Shown here in pieces: positions 35,194 to 47,800 of a stretch of 64,000 bases of DNA (its first letter is position 1; every line of letters starts with the position of its first letter). The stretch lies in assembly GCA_002633005.1 (NCBI GenBank), contig NMRA01000635.1:174344-238343 (forward strand). Reading direction: 5' to 3'. The translations under genes were made by a program, and so were the position numbers. This DNA is from Phoronis australis. Lineage: Eukaryota; Animalia; Phoronida. The notes beneath the pieces are model-generated. The model was not told the DNA's origin. It worked only from the letters and a program-made list of their open reading frames with translations, and did no database searches.

Positions 35194-36294
35194 ATCTGTA
35201 GTGTGAACAAAGTACGCAATAAGAAGCTGTGTGTTGTACAGCTTATATTACAAAGGACAGGGTGGAGAAACAATCCAATGGTCAGGTTCATTATCAGGGC
35301 TGAACACCAGTTTAGAACTAGTGATCCGATCTGAACGATATTTCCTCAGTGTCACAATAGTTTGTTGGCTCCCCAAGGACCCATTTTGATAATGCAGCTC
35401 TATATGACGACAGTTTGAGTGAGATATAATCAAAGGTCAAAGTTGTTGCTGTAGTAGACTGCTTGTGGGACTTTGCAGTGAAAACTTTGTTAGGCGTTTC
35501 CTAACTGCATTTGTCTAACTATCCATAAGGCTAAGACATTCGTTTCCCCTCGCCCTACCCTCCCTCCTCCAAGATGGATAGGTAGTTGATAGAAAAAAGT
35601 GTCAGAGTGTGCAAAATAGTTTTTGCCGTAATTGCAAGAATAATTCTTTTGCCCAATTTGCAAATGAAATGTTTCCAATAAAATATAATTGCTAAAAATT
35701 GATCACGCGATACTAAGCAAAAAGTTATTATTTTTTTTACAAAAATCAGCCTCTGGTTCTCAAAGTGGCTGCAGGAATAGACGTCGGGCCATCGTGTTAA
35801 CAAAAAAAGCCGTTGGTTGAAAGCCTAACTTCAACGGAATTTTGTTATTTTAGGTGTATTGGGCAAACCATAGTCATAGCAAAGTCTTAGCAAAATAAGA
35901 AAACAAGAGTTCAGTCGCGCATATGTAAGCCCGTTAAATGGTAGGTAAAGCTGCCTTTTCGTGCCATGTTGCGTCACCACCGCAAGATCCCAGCGCAAAC
36001 AACAAAAGCCGATAACAGTTGTATTGAATAGCAGTCCATTGCATGTGGGTATTATTCGCAGCTGTCTGAATTCGGTGATTCTTACGGCGATGTGGACAAG
36101 CCAATATGTCTTAACAGTTTGTTACATTTGGCAATTAATGGCACTTGCTGGCTCAGAGCGATGCTCTTAACATTACAGGTGTTACCATTGAAGATAGGCT
36201 TTAAGGCATTCAGTCAGAATGCTTGCAGGTGTGACATTGAATGGTGCTCAGTAAGAGTGGTTCATATTGGAGCAAAAGCAATCAGCTTAGAGGC

Positions 36295-36473
36295 ATTTGT
36301 GGGCTGAAGTTCCCACAAGACTTCCCTCACATTTGTGGGCTGAAGTTCCCACAAGACTTCCCTCACATTTGTGGGCTGAAGTTCCCACAAGACTTCCCTC
36401 ACATTTGTGGGCTGAAGTTCCCACAAGACTTCCCTCACATTTGTGGGCTGAAGTTCCCACAAGACTTCCCTCA
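36295..36473. repeat. Minisatellite, 36-bp hairpin-forming unit x5
   Basis: Identical units atttgtgggctgaagttcccacaagacttccctcac, no spacers. Confidence 0.95.
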
Positions 36474-37858
36474 AAGCTTGCCTTTCTTGGGGGTATGTAA
36501 CTCTTGTGCCTCCTAGTGGACCGAGGTTCCCAAGAGACTACAAACCTTCATTTCTAGGGTTATGAGGAGTGACTCTGGTGAATTTCAAGTCGTCCATTGT
36601 TTCTGTCCTTAAAATCCAACTGCTGAAATATATTTTTTTTATTTTTTATTTGTTTATCCCTGTGCACTTAAACAGCTACACGTGTCTTTATTCCTGTGCA
36701 TTTGGAAATTGTATTTTCTCATGCAATAATTGAAGGTCATCTAGTGCAAGATCCAGTTTGTGCTCTATTGGCAGTCAATGAAGTGCAGTGCCTGTATGGT
36801 TTTGCTGATCAGTGAGAGCTATTTTAGTTACAGGTAGAGGACATCAATATTTCAATAGCTTAAACTTATCCGATATGGTTTTATTTTCCTTAAACGAGTA
36901 TTGAAAGGGCATAAAATGCATCTTCTGAATTGTTTCTGTATTCTCATTTTCAATTTTTATCTATGCATTAGTCTGACGTTTCAGTTGTTATTATTTTTGA
37001 AGAACAGTCTCATAATTTGTTAATTTATTTAGTGCTAAATTTGTTTGTAGATGTTTTCTAAAGGAAGTAAAATAATCTATTGTTGACAATAAAGGTGCTT
37101 ACCGTATTTTTCACTCTTGGTTTCTAATAGGCCAACATTACAACTCACGTAATGCCATAGTACTGAGCTACAAGTAATGCCATAGTACTGAGCTACATAG
37201 ACAACTCACAAGTGGATTTTCATCTCCCACCCAGCAAGAGTATACAGTACAAGACAATAGTAATCGGACAAAAAACCGTTTTCCTCAGCAGCAAAAAGTT
37301 ACTGTTAATGACCATTATGGTGCCAAAACTAATTACAGAATGGCTAATTACCACCTTACTTTCCTGCTAATTGCCCTTCAATCTCTGATGTGAAAAAAAC
37401 TACACTGATGAATTTTGCTTCTGCCCAGTCATAGTGACATCTATTTTGGGTCATTTTGACTGAATATTTTTGGCTTGTACTGTAAGTTTGAATGCAGTGA
37501 ATATGAATGTTTCGGATGACACACTAAAGGCTAAGAGTCAGTTTATTATGAAAATAAAAAACATACAACCTGCTATGCAGTGTTTTAAACACCCGTCACC
37601 CACGACAGACGACTGGGTCGACTGGTAGGTTGTGGCATCAGGTGTGACAAAGTTGGTTGACGCTGTAGAATATGTTGACATAAACCCAAGATTGTATTTC
37701 ATTCATAACTTTTGATCGGAAAGAGATAGTAAGATGTTTTAACCAAATGGTGGCTAAAGACATCTAAGAGTGTTCATGAACATAACTGAGAACACAAATG
37801 ATGACTGTTTGTTATAATTTTACACTCTTTGGGAGGACTGAACCAAATGAAACATCTC

Positions 37859-38020
37859 CAGGGGCGGATCCAGGATTTTGAGTTGGGGAGGGGGGGCCAG
37901 GGCAGAGTATTAGCCAGGATTTTGTCCTTCAGACATTTGCACCCTCTAACTGCCAAATGGAGTCTGGGAGAATTGTAGGGGAGCCATGACCTCCTTGGCC
38001 CCCCTCTAAATCCACCACTG
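37859..38020. mobile_element. ~160-bp MITE (hAT5-like), reverse orientation
   Basis: caggggcggatcc ... taaatccaccactg; TSD atctc / atttc. Confidence 0.82.
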
Positions 38021-38832
38021 ATTTCCCATGCCAATTAAGTGTGAAAATAATTCCTGTTAAATACAACAAAATGGCTGCCACTCATTAGCGATTGGACATC
38101 TACTCCCAAGTCATTTGACGGACGGTACAATACAGAATAATTTGAATAAAGTTAACGCCTTAATTGTCAGAAATCAGCTATTTTTGCAGGGACTCAGTGT
38201 TATTTTTGTGTGGCTTCCATCTGGGTTTTGGGTACACAATAGCCTTGGAAAAATTGTACTTTTTAGAACAATGCTGTCTGTAGTGAACTCTTGCACTGTT
38301 CCCTACAAACGTAGCATACGACCAGAGAGCTAGACACTTCTACTTGAGTGAATAAAAGCCATTAAATGTGCTCAGTAGATGCACCAAAACTATCCCCACC
38401 ATCCAATCAACAACACCTGTGAAAGCTTCACTTTTAAATATCCAGTCGGCTTTTGCGCTAACAAGCACTTCATATGAGAGAGACTTTATTTACAGTTCCA
38501 GTATCTTTATGAACATCTGTCTTAGCTAAGTTTAGCTTCCAAAATGCAAAAAAACTTGCTAACCATTGAATTATGAGCACAATTTCCTAGGCACCTTGCC
38601 CTATTTGACTGGGAAAATAACTGCCATACTTTCTTATATTTGATCAATTATTCCACGACATTCCAACACATTTCCTTGAACAGTCGTTTCCAATGACCAT
38701 CCACTCTCAACTTCTCACAAAAATTGTTTTAAACGTATACTCTTGACTTGAAGCCCAACCAATAAATTACCCAATGGGCATGTGCCTTGAGCAGTACCCC
38801 GATCAAGTAAGGTATATTTATAAATTCACTAA

Positions 38833-41800
38833 TCATGTGTCTGCATTGACCTTCTTACTTTTCCTCTTGTATGCTTTTTCAACTTTCGTCGGATTTCCGT
38901 TCTTTTTGGCCAAGAATTTCGACTTTTCAACCAAGTTCTTTTTACTAGCACCTTCACTCTTTTTTTGTTTCTTACTCACAGGGGGCGCTAGTGACGCATT
39001 TGACTGCTCGTCCTTTCTTTGAACATTTTTTTCCAGATCTGTGTCATTTGTTTTCTTGTTACGATGTCCACCTTCAGTTTTGCTCGTCTTTTTTGTTGCT
39101 TTGCTGATCCTCGACTTCTTCCCTGTACATGCAAAGTTGTCAAATTTAAAATAAAACTTACTACAAAAACAACACTCCAAAACTTGGGCCAACTTATGAC
39201 TTGACAGCTAGGTCAAAACTTTACGGCAATAATATATATTTTGGTCAAAATTATTAATATACAAATGGACTTCTAATCTAATTAGTCACCCTTTCGAATA
39301 AATGCATGGAGCAACACCTGTTGAGATTTAGCCAGAATTAAACGGGTTGTTGTCGAAAATAAATGGACATTATTCACTTCAGGATTTGTGAGTACAAACT
39401 TCATCGAATTTCAATTTAAATAAAAAAACAAAATTAAGGTAGACACAGAAGGAGACTTAGGAAAGGTTACTGTGTAATATGTCAGGAAGAGATAACCAGG
39501 AAGGGACAACTGTTTTAGCGCATTTTAACGTGTTTTCAAAGGTGATTTCTGTTGTGTATCTTACTTTGTCAAATAAAGTAGACACTCTATGAACTACGCA
39601 GTGAAACGAACGGAATTGAACTGAACACTGAACTGATTTATTCTACATATCACAACAATATATATACACACAACTACATAACAACATATGATGCGTTACC
39701 TATGACACACTTCCTATACTAGGAATCGCATGACATAATACCAATTAAACTACTAACCTCATAAACAATAACAACCTACAAACATCCTGTTATTGTGTGA
39801 CTAAGTACACAGTCAACATTTCAAAAGTGAATGTTAAAGTCGTCTGGAATCCAAGCATTGTGTTTGAAAGCTTAACTCTTTCGCTATAAAATGACACCAC
39901 TTTGGTCCCCAAAGACTGCATATTAATGGCGCTGGGATGCTTTGAACATGACTTGTTTTACCCTTCCAAAAGATGGCTCTTCCCAGGCATGTACTCGGAC
40001 ATGATCCTCTTTTTTGAACCAACAGATGTCACTAATATATGCAAATGAGTCTCGCATCTCCTACGTCATATGACGTCATACGACACGAGCTTCCAATTTG
40101 AACTCTCAGGTGTCTATAGTGAAAGACTTGAAACGCAGTTCTACCTGATTGGGCAGATCTAAGAAAATTATACAGTTAGACGAACTTACCTTAAGTGAAG
40201 GATGACTGNGGAAAAGTTCATTTTAATGCGGTCATTTCCTGAAGATTTACTTGAAAGGTATGATCCCGAAATCTTTGGCCTATAGAGCTGTATCAAAATT
40301 CCTTATTGAAACATGGCCACTGGTACAGCTTCTGTCAGGCGGCTGGGGAAAATGAACGCGTGTTCCAAAAATGCACACACTTCAACCCCTGCAGTTCCAG
40401 TTCTTTTGCCGTCAATCACTGTGCGCAGATTCTACGCGGGCAGCCTACTGCATGACTACGCCTTATTTTTAATGTGGGTACGTCAGTGAGTCCCGACGAG
40501 TCCAGCCTTTGCAGTATGCACGGGAATGGCAAGCAAACGATTCGGTTTAGAAGAACCTACATTCATTGCACAATACTACTGGGAACTACAAGCATCAAGG
40601 AAGTGCAAAGAAAATTTTTCCAAATTTATGAGTAATGACTTGAACTTCTTTTTCGATCTACGGTTTGTAAATTTTTGAATTTCATTTTCTAGTTTTTAAT
40701 TCAATAAAGCATTTAGAGCTGCCCGACATTCATGAATATCACTGTTATCGTTTAGTGTCCTTCTTTGCGATATGGTTGTCTGATGATGGATCGAATTTTT
40801 GCAAGTCAGCCTTCAGCCTTCAACTAAGTTCAGTGACGCATCGCCATTTCTTACAAGACAGCTTCTGTGCTGTGCACGAAAGTTTTGTGTTTTTGATGAA
40901 TTTGGAATCTCAACTTCCAATCGTGAGTAGTAGGCAGTGTCATGTCGGAGGTGTATAGAGGGCGCAGCACTGAAAAAAGTGGGGGCTAAAGCCCCCTCAG
41001 CCCCCCTGTAGTGCACGCCTATGGACCACTGAAAAACTTGGACTGAATTATTACGCTCTGCAAAACTTTTGCTTTACAAATTTTCTCGAATTTTCGAAAT
41101 ACATGTATGAATGATTAAGTGCACATTTTCAAGGGCGCTTAGACGACCTATGCTGTAAAAACGGAGACCCTAACAACAATTGTCCTGGTCAGGGCCCTCA
41201 AATGGTAAACCATACACTGATACCGAGTTGTCAATGTTCTCTTAAATTTTCTCTTTGATCAGTATTCTTTTTTATCTTTCCCCAGCCCCACACCTTTGTC
41301 GGTTGCCATGGTTTAACCCTGAGGCATGCAATTTTTTTGGGGTGGCACTCGACCTCCCCCCGCTTACTAAGGTCCTGATGCAAGGAGTCCATCATTGGTC
41401 CAAAGTCAATGTTGTGTTTCAACACGCACTCGTTGTATAGCTTGAGCATTAAATTAAAGGTTTAAGAAATACAGGAGCAGTTTTGCGCATTTAATTGTGT
41501 GTGTAAAAGGGTTTATGGATTCGTACTGAATTTGTTGCTGCAACTTTTCTCATGGGCCTGTACCCGGCACGTGACCACAAATGTGGACACTAATTCGGCT
41601 ATTGCGCAAGTCGACTGCAGCAAGGTGGTCACTGAAAATGTAAGGCAGCACCAACAACTCGAATTTCTAGTCTCTTATTATGAAAACCATTGAAGTCAAT
41701 TACCAGCACCTGCAAACAAGAATTTTGAAGTATGGAGAATTTCAACAGGAGTTAGCATTAGACTTAGTCGCGAAGCTGCCTACATTCCAGCCACGGTTAC

Positions 41801-44800
41801 TGCCGGTCCTTCGAAGCAATTATAGCACATATATACAAATTTTTAAGAATGGCAATGGTGCGTTTTGTGTTGACGGAAATCTCCATGGCGTCGAGAAATT
41901 TGAGGCATTTAATGATGAACAACTGTTGTGGCTTAATTTGGAAAAACACCTAGCAAAACTAACTTCCAAGTATGCAAACTGTGGCGGAATTAAGAAATAT
42001 GATTATGGCAGTGCTAATTGTAGCAGAGCCACAAAGTGTGCTAAAATGGTAGAAAATTAGGCATAACATTTCTGTAGCAGATAAAAGGTTGATTGGCGCA
42101 GAAGCAGGCCGATGTCTTCAATGCTCAGAAAAATTTCGGCAGGCAAGAGACTTGCCAAGAAAACACAGTTGAGTCCGGGCATTCTAAAGGAAAGAACCAA
42201 CTATTCGGTGCAACTTCTCTCACCCGACGCGTTGTTTCACGATACCGCAACCACAAACAACGTCAAAGAAACGAAACGCGGAGGGTGAGATATCACAGAG
42301 TATTAATATTTATTCTTGGATACAGGTGTCCACCTCAAAATGAATTTCCCACGGGCATTCTTTATGCCGATAACAACGTTTTCGTCAACTGAAGAAGAAC
42401 AGGAATCATAGACATCCCGCGCGCTCCGTCTATGGTTCTGACACTTCAAACTTTTGTCAACACGATATGTAGCCGCAGAAAGTTCGATGTTGACCTCATT
42501 CTAATATTCTCTGCAAACCACTGCCAGGGGACGAAAACAATTCAAAGTCCGCTCCTCGAAATAGTGCTTGCTTAGCTGGAATTCAGAACTGTGGTCATGA
42601 CAGTGTTTTCACCTCCTGATTGCGAAGCGATCGAGTTAGCTGTGGTATCTTCATCAGCGCGTGCTCTCAGCAGGAGGTCACCACTTTATCCACTCAAGCG
42701 CTCGACCAACAACTGACGGGAGTCTCAAAACTCCCACAAGCAAATTTGATATGCAAATGAAGGAGTACTTGACTATTGCGCATTCTATACATCGACTGAA
42801 AAGCTTAAATACCCGTGACTGCGTGTGGGAAGTTGCGACTGCGTGCGCTGAAGTCGATATTTTCAAAATACAATTACACCACTGTTTAAGGTTGCAAAGT
42901 GAGTTTTTTGATATTCTTCTATAGAAAAAGCTTTAATCTCTGATAAAACCATCTGTTTCCTTTTAAACGAAACTTAAGTCCTGAAATTAGTCCAGGGAAG
43001 GAGGCCAAATACGGTGGTTTAGCTAGTTGTCCCTTCCTGGTTATCTCTTCCTGGTAATATGGACTAACTTAACCATGCTCTGCATTTAACTGTCTCCACG
43101 TTAACAACAGAAAGCTGCGAAAATGAGATGTGTGTATAATCAAACAAAACCGTGGTTACGTGTATGCACCCAGGCAGTTTTCAAATTAGCTGCAGTTGTC
43201 TAATGTGCACGGAAAATAAGTTACTTAATTTTTTTCAAATCAAACACAGGGGACACACCGAAATTAGAAAAATACCTTTCTTTTCGTCTTTTTCCAATAA
43301 AGGCATGTCCAGCAATATTGTTCTCATGGCACTCCGAGAAATGCCCGAGGCTTCACCTTCGTCACACCCATCTTCAGGAGTTGGGTTACTTAAAGCAGCT
43401 TCCTCCTCTGACTTTTCGGCAGCCGTCTTAGATTTTTTACCAGCCTTGTCACTGTCGGAAGACCTGGAGATGGCTTTTGTTTTTCTTCCTAAAATTGATA
43501 AATTAAGCATCAAGATCTCCCATCCAACTAACTTCAGGACCCAAAACCTCATCTCCAAAATCACTTTGCCAATTGAACTCAGTTTGTGAAAATAGAAACA
43601 GTCTAAGAAACTTGCACACCATTTAAAGTGAGGCAATTTTATAGTAGAAGACAAATATTTTTAGAAAAAATCAGTGCCTAATTCTACAGAATACACATAA
43701 TATCAGATACCTTTTATGCCTGAACCAGATGCTAAGATTAGCAATGTAATCTTTTCTGTAATCACTACTAAAGGACTGTTCGTTCTGAACAGTCAAATAA
43801 TTATAGTTCAATTTCCCGTTTTTCTCAATCACGAGACAAGACTACTCAATGATGAATTTGACTTCCGCCCAGTCATCATGACCCGGAAAAGCAGGCCATT
43901 TTATTTGAATACTTATGGCTTGCGCTGTATCTGGAGGAAGTGAAAGGTATGCAGGTCTTACTTTGCTTCTGTAGTGATTCTGGTTCTGTGGATGATGACC
44001 TACATTTTGTGTTTGAATGTTCTCAACCTCATGGAGGTCTATTATTTAATAGTGTTTCACTTCAAGTCCCAAACTTTGCAGATTTCAGAAGATTAGATAC
44101 GTTCAGTATTTCCCTTGGCAATTCGCCACATATATCAAATCTGCTTTTAAACTTATTAACCATGGTATTTATAGTAAATCTGAGTTGTGTGGTTAAAGTG
44201 ACTAATAAGCCCAACTGAGCTGGGTACTTATTTTTCTTACGAATGTTACACCAATAACTGTTTGAATTAATTGTACTTGTCACTGTAATAAATACAATAC
44301 AATACAATGCAATACAATACAATACAATGCAATACAGACAAGTAATTTGACCTGAGATGATGTCAAAGTGCACTGGTGCAATGAACTAGTTTAATTTGGT
44401 TTGCTTGCCCATACATTGTGCTTGCCCGTACATTGTGCTTGCCTGTACATTGTGCTTGCCCGTACATTGTGCTTGCCCGTACATTGTGCTTGCCCATACA
44501 TTGTGCTAACCGTTGAACAAAAATCATAAGCTACTTAATTACAAAAACCTCTTTTGGTAGTCTGTTTCTCTGGTGAGCCATCACTGATAGATGCAGACGT
44601 TGATCCATCTGTCAGCCTGTGGCGGCGAGACTTTGAACTAACAGCAGTCTGTGAGTAAGCCTTATCCCGAATGCTGGTTCTGATATTCCCTTGATTTCTG
44701 GTTACTGGAATGTGCTAGAGAAAATAAAACAGAACTGAGTACATCTTCAGCAACACAGTGCGTTTTTGACAATAAGCTACAAGTAGAAATCAAAATATGT

Positions 44801-47800
44801 CACTTGCAATCAGGTGGAACATTGAACCAACCATTTTGATAAGGAAACAAAAATGCATGCAACCATTTCCAGCCTTCACACTTCAAGACGTGCTGCAATG
44901 ATTTAGTATTCCATAATTGGCGGGAAAATTTAAATACCGTATTGACATCCACAGAAATACTTCATTAATTGCTTTTTTAATAAAATAGTTTTTCGCTTTA
45001 AAATGAAAATCACTCATTGTTATTGCAAAATTCTTTTTTGCTATTACAACACAATGTTGGCTGACTACCAGTTCTAGTAAATCTTTTAAGTGTGGGTGAG
45101 TGGACAAACAATGGTTACCACAGCAACGTAATTATTTCCTACTCACGTCTCCTTCAGAGTCAGGCTCCGACTCTGACGTCATGCCACTGTCACGCCTCTT
45201 TCTCTTTCCCTGTTATAACATGTCTAGTATAAACATGTCTGTCAATTCTTAATTCTCCATTTGACTGTCATACAACATTACACATTTATGACACATTATT
45301 GTCACTTATTGTCACTTATTGTTTAAAGTTCATTTTCACAATGCTTAAGCATGTTCACCACAACTATGTAGGACATGTGCCCAGCTGTGACTTGAATATA
45401 ACTGCAAAGCCACAAACTACACCTGGGGCACTTTTTACCATTCATATGGTAGCATGATAACTATTTTAGTTCCGTAAGCACATTCACGTAAAATTCCAGA
45501 CTAACAATGAAAACCTAAGCCACCTCTTGCCCACAAGAGCAAAAAAATAGTAGACATAGCAACCATGAGTTAAAATTTCGTACTATTGAGTTTGTTTTCC
45601 TCTAGTCAGATTTGAATAATGGTGTTGATTTGAATAACATTGAGTTGATTTGAATAATGGTGCGTTGATTTGAGTAATGATGCGTTGATCTGAATAATAA
45701 TAATAATAATAGTGCATTGAGATAAAGAATGACTGTTGGAACACTCATGCAACAAAAAAATTTAAGTATTTTTTTTCAGATTAAATATAAAAATAAAACA
45801 ACAGTAATGAACCCATTGAAATTTTCGGATATAATTACATTCTTTCTCAACAGAAACGGAAATAATTAGTAAAATCAAGCACAATGGGGTAAGACTAATC
45901 ATTTGAAAATGTACCAATAGGTCAGCCCTTGGTGCACACAGAAAGTGTTAACTACTGCTAAACTAGACCTCTCAAGTGAGCTATGCCAAACTAGACCTCT
46001 CAAGTGAGCTATGCCAAACTAGACCTGCCAAGTGAGCTATGCCAAATGAAAATTTGAAGTGAATTTGGTGTTTCTCATGTGGATAACATTGGCTGAGTGG
46101 TGGGGTGTGTCATCTCACCCTTCTGCCTATCTTCCTCCACTCTTCATGAGCAGCTACAGTTTTGGTGATTGTTTGTACAATATTTGGGTGAATGATGTTC
46201 AGAGAAGTGTGAGGATGTTGGCCGTTATTTAAAGCACACTTCATCGTATAATACTGGTCGTGAACAGATGACAGCTCCTGAAATTATACAGAAACACTTT
46301 ACATTGCTATACATTATCCACTCACAAATCAGACAAGTTGAATAAAGCAATGCTTTAGGTTACATAGGACCTTGTCAACAAATCTGAACATTCAGTCCAG
46401 TAGTTACAAATTGAGTATAATTGATTTTAATCAGTAAGTAAAAACAATTTTCTGAATGTATTGTTTTCCAAAATGCTGTTATGAATTATTTTTAAAATGA
46501 TCCACAACACTGATACCAGACCATATCAGCATAACAACAGAAATACCTTTAACAAACGTTATCTAGTCATACCTACATCAATATTGATGTCGATCTGTAT
46601 CAGTGTGTAGACCATGTCAAAAGACTGATACTGTATCACAACAGCAGAACGACAGAGAAAACAAAAACAGATTAGGGCTGTTCCAGTAAAATCCGTGTGG
46701 GAGGGGGGGACGGCAGTAGAAATGAAAATTCATGGGTGGTGGTCTTCAGAAAAAAACACAAATTATGGGTGGTCGTTCCTGTAAGAAGTGATGCATTAAA
46801 AATGGGTGGTATTTTTTGTCCTGTTAATGTTGACAGGTTGGTTACTTCAGCCCTCAAAACTCAAAACAAGCCAATACAAAAAAGCCCATATTGCTAGTGA
46901 ACAGAGTACAATTTGTTCACTAAGCCATTAATCAAGTCATGGGCAACTTGATTTNAATACTGGTCGTGAACAGATGACAGCTCCTGAAATTATACAGAAA
47001 CACTTTACATTGCTATACATTATCCACTCACAAATCAGACAAGTTGAATAAAGCAATGCTTTAGGTTACATAGGACCTTGTCAACAAATCTGAACATTCA
47101 GTCCAGTAGTTACAAATTGAGTATAATTGATTTTAATCAGTAAGTAAAAACAATTTTCTGAATGTATTGTTTTCCAAAATGCTGTTATGAATTATTTTTA
47201 AAATGATCCACAACACTGATACCAGACCATATCAGCATAACAACAGAAATACCTTTAACAAAGGTTATCTAGTCATACCTACATCAATATTGATATCGAT
47301 CTGTATCAGTGTGTAGACCATGTCAAAAGACTGATACTGTATCACAACAGCAGAACGACAGAGAAACTAAAAACAGATTAATACTTAGTCATACCTACAT
47401 CAATGATATTAGACTGAATCAACATGGAGACGACACTGTTGCCTTTGTTCTGTTCATCCTGGAGGTCTTTCTCTTCTTCATCCAACTCATCATTATGGCC
47501 AGGCATGCAGGGATACAGCTTAAATGAACAGTGAGAGGCCAGATGTAATGTGTTTATGCAGGGATATAGCTTAAATGAACAGTGAGTGGTCATATCTAAT
47601 GATGTGTTTATGCAGGGATACAGCTTAAATGAACAGTGAGAGGCCACATGTAATGATGTATTTAATGCAGGGATACAGCTTAAATGAACAGTGAGAGGCC
47701 ACATGTAATGATGTGTTTAATGCAGGGATACAGCTTAAATGAACAGCGAGAGGCCACATCTAACGACTAGTTAAACACTGTGTGTCTGCGTCAAAGTTAC

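Noticed and set aside
36295-36473. CRISPR-like 36-bp palindromic repeats
   Set aside because: The units abut with no spacers, there are no cas genes, and the context is eukaryotic.
40039-42758. Octamer ATGCAAAT motifs inside SNAPC1 suggesting an snRNA promoter or autoregulation
   Set aside because: Both lie within a transposon, no snRNA sequence (U1/U2/U6-like) was recognised nearby, and the 8-mer is common in AT-rich DNA.
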